Assembly (NCBI GenBank): GCA_951406725.2
Contig: OX597814.1
Span: 187,984,001 to 188,048,000 of the forward strand
Direction of reading: 5' to 3'
Length of the DNA: 64,000 nt
Origin: Octopus vulgaris
Taxonomy: Eukaryota
The first letter of the stretch is position 1. Each line of letters begins with the position of its first letter. The notes under the pieces were generated by a model that was not told the DNA's origin, made no database searches, and was given only the letters and a program-made list of their open reading frames with translations. The translations under genes were made by a program, and so were the position numbers. Shown here one piece after another: positions 1-11,386 of the stretch.

Positions 1-143
1 GGTGACGCATTGGGGTGGGGGTGAATAACTGAGATGGGGGATGGAATGATGGCCGGAATTTGATAGGTTCAGAACTTAAGGTTTGTTTATTTGTTATTTC
101 ATTAAAGACTGCTGTTTTGACTGTGCAGACTTAATTATAAGTG

Positions 144-187
<44 letters not shown>

Positions 188-1120
188 TGTATACTATCTA
201 TTATGACATTTATTTCAATTAGCTATTATACATTTTATTATATTAATTAAGAAATAGTTATTTAGTAAATAATTAAATTAAGAAAATATGAAGTACACCA
301 TAATAAATTTAATTACATGGAAAAATGCAAGCATGTAAAGTAATATTCTTAAGATTATAAACCTGGAAAAGTACAGGACAAGTTATTACACATGGAAAAA
401 TATAGGACAAGTAAAGAATAAGAAACTTTTTTACTTAAAATGTTGCAGCAAAGAATGCCAGTTCTTCTAATTTATCACTCTTTACAGTTCTCATCTTTTA
501 AATTTATTGTACAAAACTGTTCAGCTAATTTGTAAGTTTGTTTAATTAGTCACTTTTTTCCATATTTAAGGTAGTAAATTAACCAATTTCTACTTAAATA
601 AGTATAGTGTTATTTGTAAACTATAATAAAATGATTTTTAATATTGAAATTTTAATTTTAATTGCAATATTTTAAGTAAAAAATTTCTTATTGATCAGGT
701 TGACAAAGGTGGGGTACTCCACTACATGCGGCGGTAGCATGTTGTCAACAAACAGGTCTACAATCCTTCTAGAAAGGGTCATAGACACTGCCTTTCCTTT
801 CAGTCTAAGAAATAAAAATGAAGTGGAAATATTGTGGAAATCATGAGTATTTCTACACTTCTCAGATTGAATTAAATTCTTCCAAGGGAAAGCAATAGGC
901 CAACTTCCTATCCAAGGGAAATTTAATTTCTCCTCAGCTTAATGTTATGAAAACTGGAACTTAAAGCACTTGCCTGATCACATGGGCTTTTTAAAACTGA
1001 TCAGCAATAGTTTGTTGCTTTATCTCAATTGGTGACCAATTTTTAGTATTTTGGACTTTCATTTTCAGCAGTGAACACCCATTGATAATAACATTGAATT
1101 TTGTTTCTTTTATTGAATAG

Positions 1121-1200
1121 GTACAAGTAATTTTAATGAAACAAATGCTTCCACTAACAACAGTCAAAATGAGACAATTAGCCAACAAGAGTTATCAGAG
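1121..1200 (+). CDS. SEC16: Internal coding exon of SEC16-like gene (xTSNFNETNASTNNSQNETISQQELSE)
   Basis: Acceptor tttcttttattgaatag ends at 1120; donor GAG|gtaaga at 1201; open frame ending in phase 0, compatible with the next exon; low-complexity S/N/Q composition typical of the disordered SEC16 C-terminus. Confidence 0.7.
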
Positions 1201-1980
1201 GTAAGATAAAATATTTTCTTCTATCTTAAAACTTTTGCCTTGCCACTTTGGTTATTCACTCCTTAAATAAAAAAACAACCCAAAACCAGCATAATCACGT
1301 TAATTCTTTTTTTTTTTTTTTGATGTGTGTTTTGAGATTTAAATCTGTAGCTGCATATATAGGGAAGGGATTTATTGTATTTTGATCACTAATTTCATCA
1401 AGAAAACATCTTTGGGCTTTAAGTTGTTCGTGAACATTTCCCTGAATTGCTACCATGTATTAACACACAGCTGATATTGGAAATTCATTAGCATCATTTT
1501 GATAGAAATTTTTCTTTATGGCTTCCTTAGCTATCTTTTGTTTATTTTGAGCAGACATTAAAACTTGTTACTTCTCTTTAAGTAATCATTGATCTAACAA
1601 TATCAGTTGATGACTTAATTTTGTATTCTATGAAAAGTAATAGTCATATGATTCGTACAAAATGTTTACTTTGCAACGTGATTCAGGTACTATATTATTA
1701 CTTGACAGTTTTAATTGCTGCTTAGAATTGCTCATCTACATTAAAAGACAGCTATATTTACTATTTGAGAGGGTCATTACTATAAGCAATATTTTTTCCT
1801 AAGACAGCATATCAAAATGTAAAGAAAATATGTTTGCTATCTTTTGATTAAATTTCCATGTATGTTTGGATGCATGCATGCAATCATTGCCTCTATAGTG
1901 AGTTGATTCTGAGCTACTCTTGTTCTGCAATGTCCATCTTGGGTTTCATGAATGTTTTGCCCACTTAATTCCCATTCCAG

Positions 1981-2046
1981 CTGTCTAGATCCAGCTCTAT
2001 GAGCTCCCTATCTCAAGAAGTGCAGCAGTTGACCCTCAAACAACAG
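1981..2046 (+). CDS. SEC16: Coding exon of SEC16-like gene (LSRSSSMSSLSQEVQQLTLKQQ)
   Basis: Acceptor ttcccattccag and donor CAG|gtaaac; 66 nt, phase 0-0; peptide matches the LSRCSSMSSLSREV motif recalled from the vertebrate SEC16A C-terminal region. Confidence 0.85.
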
Positions 2047-4624
2047 GTAAACCTCTCCCAACCTCTCACTCCATCTGTTCACACCGACACCTCTGTCACC
2101 TTTCTGTGCTTTGTAGATTTACTGATCAGTCTTCAGCTTTTGTAGCAGTAGTTCAGCTTCTTCGTACCCTTCTGTAATTGCAGCTTGTAATCCGTTGCAT
2201 GTTCTCCACTGTGTTGTGTGTTGTTCTAATGGATATGATGTTTCATGTATATTAATCGTTTGTGTATATGTCTGTGTATACATTTAACATGCACATGTTT
2301 AAGACGAGATGAAACCTGATGATCATGTGTACTTTCCCTTCTGTACTTGACTGTTAATCTTGCTTTAGCAGTTTCTCTTTCCAGTCATTATCTAACTCTC
2401 CTTATAAAGCACAGTACTTCTATAACAAGCGAGTACTAATTTATTATCAACACTGCTATTAGTGCACTTCAATTTTCAAAATTTCAGTGAATAGTACTGT
2501 GCTTTATTCTAATATATATATGTATATTTTCCTCTATTTCATAAAATTTTCAAATGAAAATTTAGTTTCTTTAGTTTGATATATCTTCACTCCTATAAAT
2601 AACCTATTTTATTTCCTTTAATAATTAAGTAACTGTTTCAGTTTCTTATGTTGAGTTATATTACTAAAGAAAATAAAAACTAAAAATAAAAACAGGCAAT
2701 TTTCATGAAAAGTTTTTGCTAAATATTTTCCACTACACATATTAAAAGACATCCCCAAAACTTGCTATTCTATTTGTAGAATTACAGGACATTTAATATG
2801 TATTATAGGTATTGCATCTTTATATATTCTGATACACAAAAACGTTTGTATCTTCACTGAACTCTATCATGATATAATTTTTATAACATTTAGTTTTAAG
2901 CCTGTATGTTTTTAGAGTTAAGCAATCAGTACCAGACCAGAAATTTCTGCAGAACTTCACTTGTTAACTAAAGTATTTTTGGAAGTAGAGGTATTTTTAG
3001 TCATTTAGCTCTTCGAATATTTTTAGGTTCCAGTTGTTTAAATTTGATTCTGAAATAGTAAAATCTTAACTACATGGAAATGTTGAGTGAGGAAAAAACT
3101 AATTTTTCATTTAATACAATCTTGGTTGATAGTATAAAGCACTCTTGAATCTCCGCAGTGAGTAGTTTGGTAGTGCTGAAATTATAAACAAATGCAACCT
3201 GTTGATCTATTCTGTTGTTTGTTATTATTCATTCAGAGATGGCAGAGAGGAGCAAATATCTAAAATATCTGCTGAAAGCTTTTGCAATGGTGAGCAACTT
3301 GTAAATGTTTTCATTTGGTTTTGTATGTCAGATATGTGCAGTATATACCTTGTTATTGAGCATGTATATAATTTAAAGTGCAACTGACTTTCAAAACAAT
3401 TAGAATGCTTTTTTTTGTATGTTTGGAAAATTATATTTCTAGAGTTACTTTTTCAATTTTGAAAGCTTTCTAACAGTTTTGATCTGTTTTCTAATTGGTC
3501 TATGTTTGCGTGTTTTCTTCAACTTTCCTAATTCCCATTATTCTAACATGTTATTAACATATTATGCTTAATGAATTTATTCTTGGTTTTCAAGTTGACT
3601 CTTCACCTAATGTTGGCATAGCATACTCAGCACTTAAAGAATATCATTGATATCTAAATTATCTATTATTTCTTGCTTTAAATTGAAGTCCATCTTTTCT
3701 AGTTAAGCTTCCTCTCAGAACAGAGATACATAAGTGTAATTGTACTGTTGTGGTTATATATCTTCCTGTTTATAGTAGTTTACTTTACTGGATGTATAAG
3801 ATTTAATGTTTACACATACTTTTGAAAGATATTCAGTTTCCTCAAACCTGCCAAATTTGAATGTTCTTATTCACAAATCAGATTTAATATTTAGTTGAAT
3901 AGCTTTTCCGTTGAATAAAAATAATTCTCCATTCTGTCTGAGGTTATTTTCAATCCCAGCATTTCTGAGTACTAACAATTTTTTTGTTTCTCTACGACCT
4001 AACTGATTGTGTTTTTTGACCATTTCCCTAATACTAATTATTACTTGACGTTATTTTTCCCTCGAAAACCCAATTTTGATATGACTACACTTATTAAGTA
4101 TTAATATTTACAATCGTTATATAACACACTGATGCATTTTGTGTATTAATTTTTTATTAACATTATTTTGTACAATAATTTACAAACTGATACATTTTAA
4201 AATATTAAAAAAAATAATTTTGTGATATGGTTTTGTTAATTTAGTTTTTACCTTGATCATTTACTAAAATGATATATGCCATCATTTATTTTTTAAATAT
4301 ACTATTTGCATTGTAATATGTTTGTATTTTTTATATTGTTTTCACAGTAGCATGCCTAACATCTTGGATGTTGTGAGGATATACAATATGATGCTTACTT
4401 TTCATTTTCATCATTATTGGGATATTTCCTATCAGACATTAATATTTCATGTATTCTCGGCTTTTTATGTTTGCCACTGTGTTGTAAACATTTCTTTAAT
4501 GCATGTAAAACCAAATTAAAAAATTAGGTTAGAGTGATATTTCACAAGTATGGATTGGGTTTCTTAGGTTTCAGTCAGTCCTTTTTTAAAATTAATTTAT
4601 TACTAATTCATCTTCTTTTCAGTA

Positions 4625-5030
4625 TTAACCCTTTTATTACCATAATTTGTTGAAACACACTTCCTTTGGTTCAATTAATTTGGAAATTAATGAATAATTT
4701 AGTAAAATAACTGTCATTATTATACTATCATTTGGGACATAAATTAAGAATATGAATGAAAGGTTTCCATTTAGATCTCTTTTCACTCTTTAGTATCCAA
4801 ATTACTCAGTCAAATGTAATGCTTGTTTATTCACATTATTTTGATGCATTGTCTCATAGCTTTGAGATTTTAATGATGTTGGGTGGATGTGAGATGCCGG
4901 ATTTTCCCAGTTTGAACATAAAACAGGTAGAATATTTAGGTTGGATTAGGCCGGTTTAAATGCTAAAGGGTTAAAACAGGAAGTTTGTACTGGGCATTTT
5001 TTTTATGCAGGTTGGTATCAAAAAGGTTAA
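4625..5030. mobile_element. piggyBac-like non-autonomous element
   Basis: TTAA-CCCTTT at 4625; AAAGGG-TTAA at 4965-4974 and a second end-like ggtatcaaaaaggttaa at about 5030; a related terminus ggtaacgaaagggttaa at about 30430. Confidence 0.5.
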
Positions 5031-7336
5031 AGGGGGATTTTATGGATGGGTTCATGATAGTTCGTATTCCAATTGAGAGATTCATTGGAATTTATTAAAT
5101 TGTGTCAGACTTGGTTTTTTAATGTTATCAAATATATTTATGCTGTTTGGTACAGTGCATAGATACACAGCCGTACACATTCACAAGCACACTATTACTG
5201 CACTCCCTCACTGTTTCTTTTCAAAAGTTTCACATCCAAGTTACTGTTCAACTACTTGAAGTATGTTGCTTATTGTGTCACACAGGAATGACGGTAGGTT
5301 GGGGGAGTGGGGGTAAGAAGTCAGCAAAAGGAGTAATGTGAGAAAGCACAAGATGTACTTAAGTACTTTACTTTCTTTTCAGAGCCACTCACCAAGAACA
5401 GTTAGTGCCTCCCATCGCTGTTAGCATTCACAGTCATGAGTGATTGTTTTTAACTTGAGTTGGCAACAGCTACCCTATCCTCCATTTCTTTAAAAAAAAA
5501 AAATCTAAAAGCAATACAATAGAAGAAAAGCCTTGTGCAATTTAGATTAAAATTTTTTTTTTACATATATGACTAGAACTTTCTTATACCTCATAGAATT
5601 ATGTAAACAAAGAGGTACCTGTATAGAGTGAGAGAAGAAACAAAGAGCGGCACTTGTAGTTTTTTTTTTGTGTCAGTGTTGGGTGTTAGTATCATAGTTT
5701 TCTTGGTCCACTGCTCTAACCACTAAGCTATGTACCTGGGAGATTTTGATTGCCGTTTCTCACAGGTCGAGCGATTGTGCAGAAACTCTTTACTGGGATC
5801 TTTTCGGTTTGAACGGCAGTTTTTTCTAGCGGTGTCATATGAAATTGTCACCCATAATTATGACCCTAGTATCGATCTATTGCATTTCAATCTGTTTTAC
5901 GGTTAGGGTTAGGGGGTGGGAGGAAGGGTATCTTTTTTTCTTCACAAATGTAAATAAACCCAATCTAAAAGCAATACAATAGAAGAAAAAGCTTGTGCAA
6001 TTTAGATTAAAATTTTTTTTTACATATACGACTAGAACTTTCTTATACCTCATAAAATTATGTAAACAAAGAGGTACCTGTATGGAGTGAGAGAAGAAAC
6101 AAAGAGTGGTACTTGTAGTTTTTTTTTTTTGTGTCAGTGTTGGGTGTTAGTATCGTAATTTTCTTGGTCATTCAAGCTATTGAATATAGGTGTTTGTAGT
6201 AATAATATAATTTATAGTATTAGGAGGAAATACATATGTGAAGTAAGAGATACTTGCTGCACTGGATTGGGTGAATCATTGCCTTTATTTCCTGAGTTCA
6301 AACCCCACTGAGGTCAGTTTTACCTTTCGTCTTTTCAGGGTTGATATAATAATAAAGTACTGGTCTTGTACGGAGGTTGATGTTATCAACTCCCATCTCC
6401 TCCAAAGATTGTTAGCCTTGTGCCAGAATTAGAAGTATTATTATCATTATTATTATTACTATTATTATTGAGAAGGCAACACGCTAGTAGAATCATTAGC
6501 ATGCTGGACAAAATACTTGGTGGCATTTCATCTGTCTTCACATTCTGAGTTCAAGTTCCACTGAGGTTGACTTTGCCTTTCAGCCTTTTGAAGTCGATGA
6601 AATAAGTACCAGTTTTCAGGCCTTTTGCCTATAGTGTTGTTTATTCCTTCTTGAGACATTCCTGGCTCATAAGGGCCGGTTTCTCGGTTTCATTGGCATA
6701 TAGGTTCCCCACTTGGATGGAATGCCAGTCCATCTCAGGTGAGCTGCTAGATGCAGGACAAAAGAGTGAGAGAAAGTTGTGGTTGAAAGAGTCAGCATTG
6801 ACAATGAAGGAGACCCTTTTCCCTCTTGGTCAGAAAATCTGTACACTACCAATAGTTTGTTCAAGAAGATTTTAGAATTCTATAGCTTATGTTGCATATG
6901 CAAATGTTTAGATTGAAGCATCTGCAATGACATCTAACATAGCAAACTAGTTTGGTTGTTGTTTCAGATTTTTTTTTCTTTTGCATCTGGTAAATTTTCC
7001 TCAGCTCTAGAGTTCTCAGGGATAATTTTCTTTGGCTCTTTCAGATCAACTGTCATGGCCAGCCTCTTTGTAGGATCATTTTTTCCAGGCAATATTACTT
7101 TTACATAAGGTTAGCAATCTGAGGATTGTTAGCATACCTGGCAAAATGCTTTGCGGCATTTCATCTGTCTTTACATTCTGAGTTCAAATTCTGCTGAGGT
7201 TGACTTTCATCCTTTCGGGGTCAATAAGTACCAATTGAACACTGGGGTCAATGTAATTGATTTACTTCCTCCCCTAAACATGCTGGCTTTGTGCCAAAAT
7301 TTGAAGCTATTATTACTTTGACATATTTCTCCATCA

Positions 7337-7734
7337 TAGGCGCAGGTGTGGCTGTGTGGTAAGTAGCTTGCTAACCAACCACATGGTTCCGGGTTCAGTC
7401 CCACTGCGTGGCATCTTGGGCAAGTGTCTTCTGCTATAGCCCCGGGCCGACCAATGCCTTGTGAGTGGATTTGGTAGACGGAAACTGAAAGAAGCCTGTC
7501 ATATATATGTGTATGTATGTGTTTGTGTGTCTGTGTTTGTCCCCCTAGCATTGCTTGACAACCGATGCTGGTGTGCTTACGTCCCCGTCACATGCGGTTC
7601 GGCAAAAAGAGACCGATAGAATAAGTACTGGGCTTACAAAGAATAAGTCCCGCGGTCGAGTTGCTCGATTAAAGGCGGTGGTCCAGCATGGCCGCAGTCA
7701 AATGACTGAAACATGTAAAAGTGTAAAAAGAGTA
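7337..7734 (+). mobile_element. tRNA-derived CORE-like SINE (family 1) with internal (TA)n(TG)n
   Basis: A-box tggctgtgtggt, B-box ggttcagtccc, CORE-like cttgggcaagt, tail gtaaaagagta; further copies at about 19337, 24940, 40295, 41815(-), 44288, 44907, 61338(-), 62289(-). Confidence 0.9.
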
Positions 7735-9959
7735 TAGTAGTTCAGTCATTTGAATTTGTCTGAGATATAATGAAGTCAAAATTCTTTATGATTTTCTTCA
7801 CTGCCCATTACTTTCTTTTCTGAAAGTTAGTCTGGTTGAAAGTAACCACCGTGTCGACTCAATCACTTTTAGAATTACCATCTGTTGTATTATAGCAAGT
7901 TTTGTAATTGATGGCAGTTGCAACACAATTGCCAAAGAATTTCTTGAGGATAGGCATGGGCAACCTTTTGTGAGAAGGGGATCGCATGAGCCACAGCTCA
8001 TCATCAGATGAACAGCTTTACTAAACGACTTATGCATAGGTTATTTTCCTCAGCAAATTAGGTGTGCCATTCAGAAAGTTTTGCTGGCTGTAGACTGTCC
8101 ATGACTGCTCTTTGGAAAACAAGGATAGATAAGTTAGTTTTAGTTACACAATGATTTTGTGAAAAGACATGTGGAAATGGTAATTTGGTACAAGTAAATG
8201 GAGTAAATTTGTCTGTGGTGCCATTTCTTGGTACACCAGAGAAGCATTTATTGTGACAAAAATCCCCTTTCTGCTCTACCGTAGATACAGTTGTCTGTGT
8301 TTGTTTTTCTGTGTTATTTTGTTCTGATTCATATGTTGTAAATTTAATGTATTGTAAATGTCTTTCATTGTTTTTGTTGTTTAACCACTGGTTGATATGC
8401 AAAGTATTAAATTAAAAAAAAAAATACATATTTTCATCCTGTCAGTAACTCGGTGTCTTACGAAGAAACCAATATTATTACTGTGGTTGAAAGTATACTA
8501 TATTTCTTATAAAATTGTGCTTAAGGAGGAAATTATCACTCTTCTCTACTTATTGTCATCTTCATGGTGGATTGGCAGAATTTTTTGAGCAGTATACAAA
8601 ATGCCTTGCAGTGTTTCTTCCCACCTTTTACATCCTGAGATCAAATTCCACCAGAGCCAACTTTGCCTTTCATCCTTTTTGGATTGACGAAATAAAGCAT
8701 CAGCCAAGTACTGGGGCTGAAGTAATTGACTGACCTTTCGCCATTAAAATTGCTGGCCTTGTGTTAAAATTTGAAGCTGCTATTATTGTTATTATTATTG
8801 TTGTTGTTGGCATCAGGAAGGGCATCCAGCCATAGAAACCACAGCAAAGTGGACAGTGGCACCCGGTGCAGTTCACTCCTATCAAATCATCCAACCCATG
8901 GCAGCATGAATAATGGCCATTAAATGATGATGATAGATCAACATATTCATAAGAGCCTTGAACAAAATGCTTTGTGGTAATTTATTTGTATCTCTTTTAT
9001 GTTCTGAGTTCAAGAGTCATCTTTGTCTTTCCTTCTGCTAGGATTGATTAAACAAAGTACCAACGAAGCACTTGAATAGATTATAATCAACTGTTCCCTT
9101 AAAACTTGGAACCTTGTGTCTGTGTATGAAATCTTTTTATACTATTATTGAAGAAAGGGACGTGGATTTACAGAATTGTTATAGTATTAGGCAAAATGTC
9201 TTGCAGTATTTGTTCTGTCTCTTTATATTTCGAGTTCAAATCCTGCTGAGGTCAACTTTGCCTTTCATCCTTCTGGGGGCCACTATATAAATGGCTCCTT
9301 GCTTACCATCGAATCTCAGTACTGTACCTTTGTTAGAAATAACTATTATTAAGTTGGCAAAATCAGTAGGACATGATGATGATAATAATAATTATTATTA
9401 TTATTATTATAATTATAATAATAATAATAATTATTATTATAATTATAATAATAATAAATTCTTACATAGGCATAAGGAATTTGGCATGAGTTAGTTATTT
9501 AAATAAGAGTACCAGTTTTTGACTGGTATTCTTTTTTTACTGCCTAATGTTCCCTTTTAACTATTTAGTTGTATATCCAGTCAAAATGAGTCATTGTTTT
9601 AAAATAATAACTATTAGCATTTTAAAGATGGTTTTCAAACATTATGTTAATGGGTCAGTCAACAATATTTCTTCTTGTGAAAGGATTTAGTAAAATAAGT
9701 TCCACTAATATATACATATTCCAATTCATTTGACTATATCTTTTACTTGGAAAATTGGCTTTATGCCTTGTCAAATGAATTATCATCATCATCATTACTA
9801 TTTTCATCATTATCATTAACAGTATTATTCTGGTAGCAGAATAGTGGCTTGGTAGAATTGTTAGAGTGTTGGACAAAAATGCATTGCAGTATTTATTCTA
9901 CTTCTTTACACTCTGGGTTCAGATTCCATTGAAATCAACCTTAGGCCTCCATATCTACA

Positions 9960-10112
9960 GCGTTTGCTGCTGGAATAAGGAGTGGTTGGAGGTCACGTGG
10001 TCGTTAGCCTCAAATCGCCAGGTCTGGTTGGCGTTTGTGAGAGATGCAGTATTGAGGATGGATGAAGCCAGCTCAACCCACCCCGGGTGAATGCTTTCTC
10101 AAGTCAAGTCAA
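9960..10112 (+). mobile_element. 3' end of an RTE-clade LINE
   Basis: WNKEWLEVTWSLASNRQVWLAFVRDAV...STHPG* followed by a caagt-repeat tail; related 3' end on - at about 18640-18950. Confidence 0.6.
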
Positions 10113-10564
10113 ATCAACCTTGCCTTTCATCCTCCCAGAATCATTATAAAAAGGTACCAGTCAAGTACTTGGTTTGATTTAACCTACTAATCCCTTCTCA
10201 CCAAATTTCTGGCCTTTTACCTCTGTCAGAAATTCTTCTAGCTGTAAGTTGTCTATAGTCTGAATTGCAAGAAGTTACTTGACTTAAATTTTATGAGAAA
10301 ATGTCCCAAATTTCTTGGTGCATCGTTTTTAGACAAATGTAAGAAATAATATTGATTTCAAATTTTGGCACAAGGCCAACACATTTGGGGTATAGGGGAA
10401 AATCGATTCCATTTACTCCAGCGCTCAACTTATTTTATCTATCCTGAAAGGATGAAAGGCAAAGCTGACTTCCACAGAATTTGAACTCAGATCCTAAAGA
10501 CGTATGAAATGCTGCTAAGCATTTTGCCTGGCATGCTAACTGTTCTGCCAGCTTGCTGGCTTAT

Positions 10565-10887
10565 GGAAGACACCCGTGCCGGTGACATGTAAAAAGCACC
10601 ATCCGAACATAGCAGATGCCAGCGCCGCCTGACTGGCACCCGTGTCAATGACACGAACAAGCACCAACCGATCGTGACAGTTTGCCAGCCTGCTCTGGCC
10701 CCTGTGCCGGTGGCATGTAAAAAACACTCACTACACTCATGGAGTGGTTGGCGTTAGGAAGGGCATCCAGCTTTAGAAACACTGCCAAATCAGACTAGAG
10801 TCCAGTGCAGCCTTCATGGCTTCCCATACCCCGGTCGAACCGTCCAACCCATGCTAGCATGGAAAATGGACGTTAAATGATGATGAC
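10565..10887 (+). mobile_element. SINE fragment with (GAT)n tail
   Basis: ggcgttaggaagggcatccagc ... aacccatgctagcatggaaaatggacgttaaatgatgatga; same tail at about 8806-8935 and 16490-16540. Confidence 0.7.
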
Positions 10888-11272
10888 AGTAGTTATATGA
10901 GAGGCAGAAATCAACTCTAGTAGTACTTGATTTTTAGTTCTAATATAATGGGAATCATCTTTTGGGATTTCTAAAATATACTGGAGCTAACCAAATTAAC
11001 ACTCATTGTGCTGAGTTAAAGAAAAAAAAAATTGTTATTGTTAATGGTGTCATTTTGCTAAGAATATTTTTCCTGTTAATATGTATTAAGTTATAAATGC
11101 AAGTAAAAGACAGCTGCACTTGTGTTGTTTGTAATTGTTGAAAACTGAAATAAATAAATAAATGTAATGATAAACTCCTAATGAATCTGTTCAGTAGTCT
11201 TACCACCTTGTTGGTGTTTCTTGTGAAGAGAATTGTTAAGTAATTGTTGTGTGTGTTCCACTGGCTATATAG

Positions 11273-11386
11273 ATGAAGGATGATGCTTCCTACCAATCCC
11301 CCTTTGTTCCCTGGTCGACACAGCAGAAGATTTACGAAAGCATTGTGAAGTTCACAAAGTCACCTACATCTCCTCACCAATACCAG
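11273..11386 (+). CDS. Candidate cassette exon of SEC16-like gene (MKDDASYQSPFVPWSTQQKIYESIVKFTKSPTSPHQYQ)
   Basis: 114 nt, phase 0-0, open in the SEC16 frame, more GC-rich than its flanks; weak splice sites (tatag| and CAG|gtttct). Confidence 0.45.

Noticed and set aside
2234-2325. Possible C/D box snoRNA in SEC16 intron (atgatgt...ctga)
   Set aside because: Imperfect C box, no clear terminal stem, low-complexity interior
5901-5914. Telomeric TTAGGG repeats
   Set aside because: Only two units, inside a dispersed repeat fragment
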